DNA of 45,057 nt from Gammaproteobacteria bacterium. Its GTDB lineage: Bacteria > Pseudomonadota > Gammaproteobacteria > SZUA-152. Below are positions 1 through 9,079 of this stretch, in pieces. Positions within the stretch are counted from its first letter, which is position 1; every line of letters begins with the position of its first letter. A program made the translations under genes and the position numbers. The DNA lies in NCBI GenBank assembly GCA_022340845.1, contig JAJDNG010000066.1:1-45057 (forward strand), written 5' to 3'. The notes below the pieces were generated by a model. The model did not search any database and had not been told where the DNA came from. It was given only the letters and a program-made list of their open reading frames with translations.

Positions 1-656
1 TTAGTTTCGAAATACTCAAGACTGAACGCTATATCGAATCCCCAATATTCATTCTCCTTGCTGCCATATAGAATCGAAGCTTGAGTTGTATCAAATGAGC
101 CCGCGAATGCGTTTATTTGAGTCCCAGCTTTTTCTTCTGCGGATTTTGTGTATATATTAATAACACCAGCGAATGCGTCAGCTCCATATACTGCAGAACC
201 TGGACCTCTTATGACTTCGATGCGGGAGATGTCGGAAATGGGCAAAGCTCCTACGCCACGGTCGCCTAACCACATCTGAGTGATGGGTATGCCATTCATT
301 AACATCAATACTTGCGGATTAAAAGTAGTATATATGCCGCGGATGGAATAATTTGGTGTAAATCTTAAAGGGGACAATGACACATGTAATCCTGGCACGG
401 ACTCCAATACCTGGTCGAGTTTCTGCGCCCCCATCGCCTCAATATCCTTGGCCGTGATTACCGTGGCCACCGCCGGTGCCCGCGCCAGGCTTTGTTCGCC
501 CCCGGTGGCGATACTGATCATCTCTTCATCAAACGCGAGGGCTAAATCCTCTTCGGTGGATTCGGCAGGACTAATCTGGGGAAATACAAAGAGGCACATT
601 GCTGCTATCCAGCAGCAATGGCGGCATGCGATTGAGTTGCACCGTGTTGAGAACAT
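1..656 (-). CDS. TonB-dependent outer-membrane receptor, N-terminal part (signal peptide + plug); runs off the left edge
   Basis: Absent from the ORF track because it has no stop in the window. Manual translation from ATG 656: MFSTRCNSIACRHCCWIAAMCLFVFPQISPAESTEEDLALAFDEEMISIATGGEQSLARAPAVATVITAKDIEAMGAQKLDQVLESVPGL...SIRG...QVLMLMNGIPI...ISRIEVIRGPGSAVYGADAFAGVINIYTK, the classic TBDR plug signature. Start codon uncertain. Confidence 0.93.
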   Translation of the reverse strand, partial: MFSTRCNSIACRHCCWIAAMCLFVFPQISPAESTEEDLALAFDEEMISIATGGEQSLARAPAVATVITAKDIEAMGAQKLDQVLESVPGLHVSLSPLRFTPNYSIRGIYTTFNPQVLMLMNGIPITQMWLGDRGVGALPISDISRIEVIRGPGSAVYGADAFAGVINIYTKSAEEKAGTQINAFAGSFDTTQASILYGSKENEYWGFDIAFSLEYFET

Positions 657-1077
657 GTTATTACCGCTACTTTTTTGTTCTGAAATCTCGCGTTGCTTTT
701 CTGTAAGTTATTGTAATTTCTTTCAAATATTTCTATTTCTGGCGTTTTATTGAGTTGACCGCGTTCGTGGTTGGTCCACTGTCGTATCAAGCGGCATCCT
801 ATGTTTTTTCTTTAAGGATTCTTTAACATCGAATCGTTTAAGCTACACTGATATTGTAATTTGTGAAGAAAGACAACCATTTAATCTTAATTTCTTATAA
901 GTGTAGACGATAACCTATAGAATGGAACTTTACTCCGTTGAAAAATATAAAAATTTTGTATCATTTCTCATATGGATCAAGTGTTCAGATTCTCTCCCAG
1001 GCATGACCCGGATTAATGGACCCCATAGCTAACCCGCAGGCCTAAGTTCCTAAACCATGACATTTGTTGCGTTCTGA

Positions 1078-2022
1078 ATGAAGCTATTTTTACAGCGATT
1101 TTTTTTGTTTGCTGCGGTTGTTTGTTGCCTGTGTTTGCCATCGGTGGGTTACTCTCGCGTGCGAATCGCGGTGATATATCCGCAAGTCGATCAACCCTAC
1201 GCAAAAGTGTTTGAGCAAATCATTGCCGATATTCGCCTGCAGAAAGGCTTTGAGGTGCAAACCTATACATTGAGCGACAACTACGACCCCGGCACGGTAA
1301 GTCAATGGATTCGCAAGCAAAACGCGCAAACCCTGGTGGCATTGGGGCAGCGGGGTGTGGATATAGTGGAGAGCCTGAATATGGATATCCCCATCATCGT
1401 CGGTGCGGTGTTATACGCGTCGGTTTCACAGAATAATCTGGTGTCGGGAATTAGTCTGACGCCGGATCCGGACCTGCTGTTCAAGCACCTTAAGCAATTA
1501 GCGCCGGGCATAAAGCGGGTGCACGTGGTTTATAATCCCGATCGTTACCAATGGCTTATCGATTATGCCAAAAAGGCCGCCTCAAGGCGCGGGGTAACCA
1601 TTGTCGCCAGGGAGGCTCGAGACTTGCCCAGCGCCGCGCCTATGTATCGGGAGTTGCTCGCCGATAGCCAGCAAGACAACGATGCGGTTTGGTTGTTGCA
1701 GGACTCCACGACGGTCGGTAATTCTTCCATTCTCCCGCTGGTGCTCAAAGAAGCGTGGGAGAAAAAACTGGTGGTGTTTTCCAGCAATCCCAGCCATGTG
1801 CGCCGCGGCGTGTTGTTTTCATTGTATGCCGATCAGGATGCTATCGGCAGGAGCATTACGCAATTGTTGTTGCATCAGACCTCCGGCACTTCCAAATCCA
1901 AAGGATTACTGCCTTTAAGTGATGTTCGCATCGCAGTGAACCTGCGCACGGCCGGTCATATTAAGCTGGATATTCCTTTTGAGCAGCGCCGCCAGTTCGA
2001 TACGGTGTACCCGAAGCGGTAG
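1078..2022 (+). CDS. Periplasmic solute-binding protein (ABC_sub_bind-like), probably a sensory partner of the downstream kinase
   Basis: Signal peptide; 'LKQLAPGIKRVHVVYNP', 'DAVWLLQD', 'RRGVLFSLY', 'IAVNLRTAGHIKLDIP' match the ABC_sub_bind pattern; no adjacent permease or ATPase; stop abuts the kinase start. Confidence 0.8.
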   Translation: MKLFLQRFFLFAAVVCCLCLPSVGYSRVRIAVIYPQVDQPYAKVFEQIIADIRLQKGFEVQTYTLSDNYDPGTVSQWIRKQNAQTLVALGQRGVDIVESLNMDIPIIVGAVLYASVSQNNLVSGISLTPDPDLLFKHLKQLAPGIKRVHVVYNPDRYQWLIDYAKKAASRRGVTIVAREARDLPSAAPMYRELLADSQQDNDAVWLLQDSTTVGNSSILPLVLKEAWEKKLVVFSSNPSHVRRGVLFSLYADQDAIGRSITQLLLHQTSGTSKSKGLLPLSDVRIAVNLRTAGHIKLDIPFEQRRQFDTVYPKR

Positions 2023-4377
2023 ATGATGATGAATCGGCTATTAAACAAAATCACAGCCAATTACAGTTTCCGGCGTCAATTGTCGGTAGCGTTTACCATT
2101 GGCATTTTGATTCTGGCGCTGGTGTCGTCACTGACAACGTCATGGTTAGGTAGTCAGCGCACCAAAGACAATATTATCGAGCACGGTAAACAAATTACTC
2201 AAAACCTTGCCCGGCAAAGCATCCTGGCGTTGTTGTACGCCGAAGGGGAAAATGCGCGGGAGGCTGCGCAAGGGGCGCTGGAATTCCCGGATGTGTTGTA
2301 TGTGGCGATCTTTGATTTGCAGAACAATATGTTGCTCAAACAAGGGGAACTCAATGTCAGCCGTAGCGATTATCTTTTGCCGGAAAACCACAACGCCAAT
2401 CTAGTGGAAGAGACCTCCGATTTTTGGCGCATTGCCAGTTATGTATACACTGATGCCGGGGGGGTGGATGATGACTTTCTATTTGTGGATGTGCCCAAAC
2501 AGCAGCGCTTGGGCGTAGTGGAAGTCATCATAGGCAAAGCTAATATGCGTAAAGCAGTCACCAGCGTCTTTTTGGTGAATATTGGTATATCCATCACATT
2601 GGCATTGATGTTGTTGATGGTGTTGCGCTACTTTACCCGGCGCCTGACCCATCCTCTCTACAATCTGTCAGGCATCATGGGTATGGCCAAACAAGGCCAG
2701 ACGAATGTACGTGCGTTGCATGATGGGCCGCAGGAAATCTCCACCATGGCGCATGCGTTTAATAATATGATGGCCGCGCTGGAGGAACGCGACCAGCAAT
2801 TGCGCGAACAAAATGAGCTACTGGAACAACGCGTGGCTGAACGCACGACCGAGCTGGCCATTGCCCGGGATGATGCTTTGCGGGCCAGTCAGGCGAAAAG
2901 CGCTTTTCTGGCTAACATGAGTCATGAGTTGCGAACACCGTTGAACGCCATCATCGGATACAGTGAATTGTTGGAAGAAGATGCCAAGGATGACGGACTG
3001 GTTCATTATTGTGCTGATCTGCAAAAAATTAAATCCGCCGGTAACCATTTGTTGACTCTGATTAATAATGTGCTGGATTTGTCCAAAATCGAAGCGGGTA
3101 AAATGGAATTGGACATTAGCGAGTTTTCCTTAAGCTCGCTTCTGGAGGATATCGAATCATTTTGTTTGCCCCTGGTCACCAAGAATCACAACCGGTTTGT
3201 GCTGGATTGCCCCGATGATATCGGTCTTATGAAAGCCGATGTGATGAAAATTCGCCAATCGGTGTTGAATCTCATCAGTAATGCCAGTAAATTCACCGAA
3301 AACGGCACCATAACGCTAAAAGTCAGGCGCGAGGTGATCGATGAGCGGGAATGGGTCGCTTATCACATTAGCGATACCGGTATCGGCATGACGCCGGAGC
3401 AAGTGGACAAAATCTTTAGAGAGTTTACTCAAGCCGATGCCAGCACCACCCGCAAATACGGCGGTACTGGCCTGGGATTGGCCATCAGCAAACGCTTCAG
3501 TGAAATGATGGGGGGAACCATTCAAGTCAGTAGCGAGCTAAACAAAGGTTCAATATTCTCAATGCGCATCCCCCGAGTGGTTACCGCGCCCCTGCCGGTC
3601 ACGCCGGTGCAAGCCCGCACATTTAGTGAGCGGCGCACCAGTGTCAGTAACATTCTGGTGATCGACGAGTCGCACAACACCCGCCAATTTATTCAAGACC
3701 AGTTGGCTCAAAATGGCTTTGCGGTGATGACCGCTCCCAGTAGTGGCACTGCCCTGAAAATCGCCGAAAAACTCAGGCCAAACGCCATTGTGATGAATGT
3801 GCAGACGGCCAATATTTGTTACATCGAGCTGATTCAAAAGATCAACCGGATTCCGGATTTGAAAGATGTGCCCTTATTTTTAGTCTCCATCGCGGACGAT
3901 TTGGCCGCCGGTTATGCATTACGGGTCTGCCGTGTGGTGGAAAATCCCGGTAACGGGGGCTTGGCCGGCTTATCCGATGAGTTCAAAGGCGATTCGGACC
4001 AGTCGATACTGGTGGTCGAAAATCAACAGCCTACTTTGGATCATATTGCCTCCGTGTTCAAAGACATTGCCCAGCACATCCAGGGCGTACGCGACGGCGA
4101 CAGTGCGTTTAGCAGCGTCCAAAAACAAAAACCGCATTTAATGATTGTGGATCCCTTTTCGCTGGATGCCGCTCACAATGAATTTTTAATGGGTATTCAT
4201 AAAGACCGAGATATGAATGCGACCCCGGTCGTGTTGATCAAGAGTGATGGGCTGGACTTGACTGCGTTTCGCGACCGGTTAAGGGCGATACTGAAAACCG
4301 CCGAATATCCCAGCGAGGAATTTATCGATAATTTTACCTACCAATTGGCTCACAGCCAGCGGTCGTCGGAAATGTGA
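2023..4377 (+). CDS. Membrane hybrid sensor histidine kinase (2 TM, HAMP, HisKA, HATPase, two degenerate receiver-like domains)
   Basis: H-box [19 protein letters not shown]-box [11 protein letters not shown]1 DTGIGM, F-box [10 protein letters not shown]2 [10 protein letters not shown]; HAMP '[12 protein letters not shown]'; C-terminal REC-like folds. Confidence 0.93.
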   Translation: MMMNRLLNKITANYSFRRQLSVAFTIGILILALVSSLTTSWLGSQRTKDNIIEHGKQITQNLARQSILALLYAEGENAREAAQGALEFPDVLYVAIFDLQNNMLLKQGELNVSRSDYLLPENHNANLVEETSDFWRIASYVYTDAGGVDDDFLFVDVPKQQRLGVVEVIIGKANMRKAVTSVFLVNIGISITLALMLLMVLRYFTRRLTHPLYNLSGIMGMAKQGQTNVRALHDGPQEISTMAHAFNNMMAALEERDQQLREQNELLEQRVAERTTELAIARDDALRASQAKSAFLANMSHELRTPLNAIIGYSELLEEDAKDDGLVHYCADLQKIKSAGNHLLTLINNVLDLSKIEAGKMELDISEFSLSSLLEDIESFCLPLVTKNHNRFVLDCPDDIGLMKADVMKIRQSVLNLISNASKFTENGTITLKVRREVIDEREWVAYHISDTGIGMTPEQVDKIFREFTQADASTTRKYGGTGLGLAISKRFSEMMGGTIQVSSELNKGSIFSMRIPRVVTAPLPVTPVQARTFSERRTSVSNILVIDESHNTRQFIQDQLAQNGFAVMTAPSSGTALKIAEKLRPNAIVMNVQTANICYIELIQKINRIPDLKDVPLFLVSIADDLAAGYALRVCRVVENPGNGGLAGLSDEFKGDSDQSILVVENQQPTLDHIASVFKDIAQHIQGVRDGDSAFSSVQKQKPHLMIVDPFSLDAAHNEFLMGIHKDRDMNATPVVLIKSDGLDLTAFRDRLRAILKTAEYPSEEFIDNFTYQLAHSQRSSEM

Positions 4378-4451
4378 GCTTTAGACTTTAGTGACCTTTG
4401 TTAGAAATTAGCGCACATAGTCAGCCGCATGGCTGCATGATTCGCGGGGAT

Positions 4452-5378
4452 TTACGCGCGAATCGTCCAGTACTTTACCCCTTGTTGATCCAAAAACGCT
4501 TCGGCCTGGTCTCCGTGCAGCATGGCCAAAGTGGCCATTATGCCGGCTTCGGTGCAAGTACCGGCAATCACCGTCACGGAGCGCGGCGCGCCTTGTACCG
4601 GCCAACCGGTGCGCGGGTCGAGGATATGGCTATAACGCACTCCGTCTTTTAATAAATATCGCCGCGCATCGCCGCTGGTCGCTAATCCCCCATGTTGCAG
4701 TTCATACACTTTGGTGTTTGCGTTGAGCGTAGCGGGTGAGGCATCCGGGGTTTCTATACCGATGATCCAGCCGTTGCCGTTGCGCCTTGGTCCGGTGGTG
4801 GCGATATCGCCACCGAAGTTGACCAGGCAACTGATGGCCGCCGCTTCACGCAATAACAGCACGGTGTGGTCCACGGAATATTCCTTGCCGATGCCGCCCA
4901 AATCGATTTGCATGTCCTTGGGCATGCGAATTTTTGGGGGGCGCCAATGGACTTTGTGCCAGCCGATGCGTGAGAGGATTTTTTTTATGCGGGCGGGCGC
5001 CGGTATGCGGTCACTGCCGTCGAATGTCCACGCCTCCCGCAATACGCCGGAGGTAATGTCGAACCTGCCATCGCTCAGCGCATAGCATTGGGCGGCGTAG
5101 TCCAGCATTTGCGCGGTTTCTTCATCGACTTTAACCGCGGCGCCTTGCGCGTGGTTGATCTTATGAATGATATTGTCTTGCCGGTAGCGGCTGAGTTTAT
5201 GCTCTACTCTCAGCGCTTCGCGCTGTGCAATGCCTGCAAGCTGCCCGGCGAGCACTGGATCTTGCGTATCCATCAGTACTTCGCAGGGACTGGCCATGGC
5301 ATTGAAGCGGCCTATGCAGTAGTCTTCGCTAAACTGTAGTTGCGGTGTGAGTTGCGGTATGAGTTGCGGCGTATCCAT
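4452..5378 (-). CDS. apbE: FAD:protein FMN transferase (ApbE family)
   Basis: Motifs 'SDGRFDITSG', 'IDLGGIGKEY', 'VNFGGDI', 'LATSGDARRY', 'YSHILDPRTGWP', 'SVTVIA'. Confidence 0.95.
   Translation of the reverse strand: MDTPQLIPQLTPQLQFSEDYCIGRFNAMASPCEVLMDTQDPVLAGQLAGIAQREALRVEHKLSRYRQDNIIHKINHAQGAAVKVDEETAQMLDYAAQCYALSDGRFDITSGVLREAWTFDGSDRIPAPARIKKILSRIGWHKVHWRPPKIRMPKDMQIDLGGIGKEYSVDHTVLLLREAAAISCLVNFGGDIATTGPRRNGNGWIIGIETPDASPATLNANTKVYELQHGGLATSGDARRYLLKDGVRYSHILDPRTGWPVQGAPRSVTVIAGTCTEAGIMATLAMLHGDQAEAFLDQQGVKYWTIRA
5338..5373. repeat. 3 x 12-bp tandem repeat in apbE 5' end (encodes TPQL/IPQL/TPQL)
   Basis: agttgcggtgtg / agttgcggtatg / agttgcggcgta. Confidence 0.8.
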
Positions 5379-5464
5379 AACGGTGATTTAGACCGATGGC
5401 GCGCTTGCCGGTTTGGTAAGTCGAGCCATTGTGCGCTCCACTCACCGCGTCCGGACAACGCGCA

Positions 5465-6880
5465 TTAAAATTTAACGTTATAACTTGCCTGCAGGATAAT
5501 CGCTTTAACATCGGGAGACAAATTATAGTCGCGTAATTTGCCAATCGCATCCGCCGGATAGCCCTGGTTCGATTGCTTCATGTATTCCGCCCGGAAAGTG
5601 AACTCGCTGTTTTTGCCAAGTTCCGCGCCGTACAGTAACCCGAATGTGGTCGTCGTCATATCACCCAGGCGATAGTCGGCGCTGGCGTATTGCGGCAGTG
5701 GCTCACCGTCCACCAGGTAGTAGCGATAAAAATTGGCGGCGGTTTGCTGATAATAACGTGCGTGGGGCTGCAGGTAATGATGCCGGCCTAGCTCGTAGCG
5801 ATAGCGCAAATCCACGGTGTGGGACTTAACGTCCCAGTCGTCCCAATAGTAACGATAGGTCAGATATACCACATCGTCGGTAAACTGATGATTGGTTTTC
5901 CAGTACACGCTTTGCCGGGTCCGCGAATCAGGGCGCCTTTCGTGTAAATATCGGTAGGTATTGTTGGGATCTACTGCGGGTACCAAGTCACCGGTCACTG
6001 GATCCACTACGGTCAAAAGTTTGTAGGGATCGGTTAAGTAGCCGCTGGACTGGCCTATGCTGTAATTGAACTGAGTGAGGGTGTGACGGCTGAGAACCTG
6101 GGTAACACCGAATAACAAGTCGGTGACATTTTTGGTTTCGCCGCCTTCGCCTTCCCCGCCTTCGCCGTCGTCATCACCTTCATTCTCGCCACCACTGGTT
6201 GAACTGGTGGGGACTTCCGTGAAAGGATCCGGGGCGCCGCCAATGGGGGAGACTGTGTCGTGACTGAACGACGCCCCGGCGGACAATGTGGTGTTTTTGT
6301 TGTTGGCGTCGTAAGTGAAAGTGGCAGATACTCCCAGCGACGTGTAATCGGTTTCGGTGGAGAAGTTTGCGCCCAACAAGGCTTTCAAGTAGCGGCTGGT
6401 GGGCTTTTCCCATAACACATTCGCCGCAAAGCGGGTGTCTTCAAACGTGGGGTCCAAAGGCGTTTCATTGGGCGCGACGGAGTAGGATTTTTGTCCTGAC
6501 GGACCGGAAAACGTTTGGGTTTTATCCGCGGGCACCGCACCGTTCGCGGACGCGCCACTGAGTGCGTCAACCACAAACTTGAAATTCAGGAATTGATCAT
6601 TCCCCATGTCGTTGCGGGCGCTGATTACCGGTTCCACGGCGGTCACGCGGTCCTGTTCTGAGTAATACAACAGCGCCGAATCGTATTCCCAGTTTTTAAA
6701 TGGTTCACTGGCCGCCGCCGGATGTGGCAGGTGCGTGCCCAGTAATGCGCACGTCGCGGTGGCCAGGGCGCCACTGATGGACTTTGGTTTTTTTACATGT
6801 AGAGGTTTTTTTCCCTGTAGGGGCTTTTTTACAGGAGTGGTTTTTTTTGCATGAAGGGATTTTTTTAATTGCATCCGCAA
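5465..6880 (-). CDS. DUF3570-family outer-membrane beta-barrel protein, putative flavinylation substrate
   Basis: Signal peptide, 'LYYSEQDRVTAVEP', 'VDALSGAS', 'GYLTDPYK', 'ERRPDSR', 'YRYYWDDWDVKSHT', 'YASADYRL', C-terminal Phe; context apbE/DUF4266/TlpA. Confidence 0.88.
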   Translation of the reverse strand: MRMQLKKSLHAKKTTPVKKPLQGKKPLHVKKPKSISGALATATCALLGTHLPHPAAASEPFKNWEYDSALLYYSEQDRVTAVEPVISARNDMGNDQFLNFKFVVDALSGASANGAVPADKTQTFSGPSGQKSYSVAPNETPLDPTFEDTRFAANVLWEKPTSRYLKALLGANFSTETDYTSLGVSATFTYDANNKNTTLSAGASFSHDTVSPIGGAPDPFTEVPTSSTSGGENEGDDDGEGGEGEGGETKNVTDLLFGVTQVLSRHTLTQFNYSIGQSSGYLTDPYKLLTVVDPVTGDLVPAVDPNNTYRYLHERRPDSRTRQSVYWKTNHQFTDDVVYLTYRYYWDDWDVKSHTVDLRYRYELGRHHYLQPHARYYQQTAANFYRYYLVDGEPLPQYASADYRLGDMTTTTFGLLYGAELGKNSEFTFRAEYMKQSNQGYPADAIGKLRDYNLSPDVKAIILQASYNVKF

Positions 6881-7095
6881 CCTCCACCGCCGACACCGGC
6901 GCCGCCACTGGAGGCTTCTTTACTGAAATAAATATGCTCATCCAAACCAGACTCCAATGGGTGTGGGTCCAGTTGCATTTTTTTCTCCGCCAGCAAATCC
7001 CGTTCCCAGGGTTTGACTCGCTCCAATGAACACGCTTGGGTGAGCACGACAAGCGGCAACAACGCCAAAAATAACGCTAAATAGATTCGGGGCAT
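6865..7095 (-). CDS. DUF4266-family small lipoprotein
   Basis: Lipobox TQAC, 'VKPWERDLLA', 'HIYFSKEASSGG..GGGGCGCN' C-terminus typical of DUF4266. Confidence 0.9.
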   Translation of the reverse strand: MPRIYLALFLALLPLVVLTQACSLERVKPWERDLLAEKKMQLDPHPLESGLDEHIYFSKEASSGGAGVGGGGCGCN

Positions 7096-7117
7096 AATAG
7101 GATACTCGGCTACAGGG

Positions 7118-7639
7118 TTATTGTTTCAGTAATTCGCGGATCTTGCTTTCCAGCTTTTCGGTATCCGATTCCCTGAAACCGATGTGAGATAGATGCAGTT
7201 GTCCTTTGCGGTCAATTAAATAGGAACTGGGCATGCCCATGACCTTGTAGCTTTCCGCGGTTTTACCTTCCGGGTCGAAAGCTACAATGAAGTTGCGATC
7301 AAACTCTTTTAAGAAGTCGTCCGCCTTGGATTTGCTTTTATCCAGATTAACGGCCACAACCACTAAACCTTTGTCTTTGTATTTACTTTGGATCTTGTTC
7401 ATCCAGGGAAAGGATTTGCGGCACGGTGTACACCAAGACGCCCAGAAATCCAGATACACGACACTCCCCTGCAACTGATTCAGTGAGATAGTGTTTTCGT
7501 CGGCGGGCAATTCAAATGTCGGTGCGTCGGCGGCGAACAAGAGGGGGGAGAAAATCGTTGTTGCTAAAACCAGAGTTGTTACCAAAACCAGAGTGGGCAA
7601 AGCGGGGCTTTGCGTGTTGCGATAAAAACGATACGGCAT
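7118..7639 (-). CDS. TlpA/ResA-like thiol-disulfide oxidoreductase
   Basis: 'VVYLDFWASWCTPCRKSFP', 'VVAVNLD', 'GMPSSYLIDRKG'; N-terminal hydrophobic signal or anchor. Confidence 0.92.
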   Translation of the reverse strand: MPYRFYRNTQSPALPTLVLVTTLVLATTIFSPLLFAADAPTFELPADENTISLNQLQGSVVYLDFWASWCTPCRKSFPWMNKIQSKYKDKGLVVVAVNLDKSKSKADDFLKEFDRNFIVAFDPEGKTAESYKVMGMPSSYLIDRKGQLHLSHIGFRESDTEKLESKIRELLKQ

Positions 7640-7686
7640 GATTGATCATTCCTTCTTCAAAATAAACATCGGGCGCTATATTATGC

Positions 7687-7725
7687 GTTAAAACTTAGTG
7701 AAGGTTTCGTTAAAATTTCGTTAAG
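7687..7725 (-). promoter_or_regulatory. Four direct repeats (YTTAAC-like on - strand) at 11-bp period upstream of tlpA; OmpR/PmrA/QseB-type binding site candidate
   Basis: + strand gttaaa 7687, gtgaag 7698, gttaaa 7709, gttaag 7720; CATAAT (-10-like) on - strand at 7685-7680. Confidence 0.55.
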
Positions 7726-7897
7726 GCGCAATGAGTGCGGTATGAGTACGGTTAAGTAAATTCTTCTACGAGCGCATTGCTAATTCACAGTTGCTAACAA
7801 AATTGGTTTGGAAAACTAAACGCAAAAAAATCATATCCAGAAGATTATGTTAGGGCGGTTGCTGGTTAACATAATGGCATAACTGCTCAGCCACAGC

Positions 7898-7914
7898 CTT
7901 AATGTTCCCTTAAA
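7898..7914 (+). promoter_or_regulatory. PmrA/QseB-like box CTTAAT-N5-CTTAAA
   Basis: cttaatgttcccttaaa resembles the YTTAAK-N5-YTTAAK consensus; a third partial half-site cttata at 7919. Confidence 0.4.
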
Positions 7915-8422
7915 ATGCCTTATACATGTTGTTTTAACGGGTAAAAGTGTTTTTGTTTTTTGGAAGTATGTGGTGCAAATCTTTTTCAGCGCATCAAACA
8001 ATGCACTTAGCTTAAGAGCTGGGCATGATCAGGAAGTTCCCACGGTGATCGCTTTTTTTGCTGTGCGACTTAAGGTGATCGGTTTTGCAGTAAGATCTGG
8101 TGTGTACGTAGGGTATGCGCGGTTTCAGGTTATGTTGTTAGTGGTTCGTTTGTGTGTTTCGTTCAGTCGTCATTCAGCGATGTGATTGGCGATCTGGTTA
8201 AATGGTGATACGTAGTATTTATGCTGAGTAATTGGCTGAGTGTATAACTGGGAAATTAAACTCGCAATTGGAGGTTTGGTGACTTAGAACGCAGCGACCG
8301 CATCGCCGCGATATTACATGTTGTCATCGAAAAATTCGCGACACGATTTCATTCCGGTGATAAGGCGATTCTCTAATTGCTATCAATCAAACCGATCCAT
8401 TGTTATGGGCTTTTAAATGCAA

Positions 8423-8456
8423 CAGCCATTCACTTTGATTAATGGATGAATGGCTG
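8423..8456. other. Perfect 10-bp inverted repeat (hairpin) in a long intergenic region
   Basis: cagccattca-N14-tgaatggctg; no poly-U tail. Confidence 0.5.
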
Positions 8457-8608
8457 AATGGTCGCGAATGTATCGATGTAGAGCCTTGCAATGTCGATGG
8501 CAAGTACTGTGTTTGGGAGGGTTGGGGAGAACCACCACCGACGGCGTCTCTTGCGCCGCCGCCGTGGGTTATCTTCCGCGAGTATGCTGCTAAATATGAC
8601 CGGTTTGT

Positions 8609-9064
8609 TTATTGGTTTTTATGTTGAATGCGGATGATCACGCTGACGTCTTTGACTTCGGCCGCGTCCGGTGGTGTGGGTAAACTGCTGATATGCAGTT
8701 GGTCGGCTTCCACGTCATGCAATGTGCCGCTGTCAATGTTATAGAAGTGGTGATGTGGTCGAATATTGGAATCATAAAAGACTTTTGTGGAATCCACGAT
8801 CACTTCGCGAATCAGGCCTTTGCGGGCGAACAATCCTAAAGTGTTATACACCGTGGCTTTGGAGGCAAAATTGCCCTTGGTATTGACCATATCCAGCACT
8901 TGGTCGGCGGACAGATGCTGGTCTTCGGTAAACAACACCATGCCGATTTTCACCCGCTGTTGGGTGGGAGATATGGCGCGGTCGTTCAACATCTTAACGA
9001 CTTTATTTTTTAGTATTGTATCTTGCAGATTTTCTGCCGAGGTTTCCTGTCTGTCGTGCATCAT
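8609..9064 (-). CDS. Fur-family transcriptional regulator, Irr/PerR-like
   Basis: 'TQQRVKI', 'HLSADQV', 'SKATVYNTL', 'FYDSNIRPHHHFYN' (HHH motif); no CxxC zinc motifs. Confidence 0.88.
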   Translation of the reverse strand: MMHDRQETSAENLQDTILKNKVVKMLNDRAISPTQQRVKIGMVLFTEDQHLSADQVLDMVNTKGNFASKATVYNTLGLFARKGLIREVIVDSTKVFYDSNIRPHHHFYNIDSGTLHDVEADQLHISSLPTPPDAAEVKDVSVIIRIQHKNQ

Positions 9065-9079
9065 GGTGGTGTGAACCCC

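Noticed and set aside
448-790. ORF-track ORFs 448..753(+) and 605..790(-)
   Set aside because: Both overlap the real TonB receptor frame that starts at 656 on the - strand; neither has recognisable motifs.
7970-8627. ORFs 7970..8185(+) and 8442..8627(+) as protein genes
   Set aside because: No clear RBS or family motifs; kept only within the unexplained-region finding.
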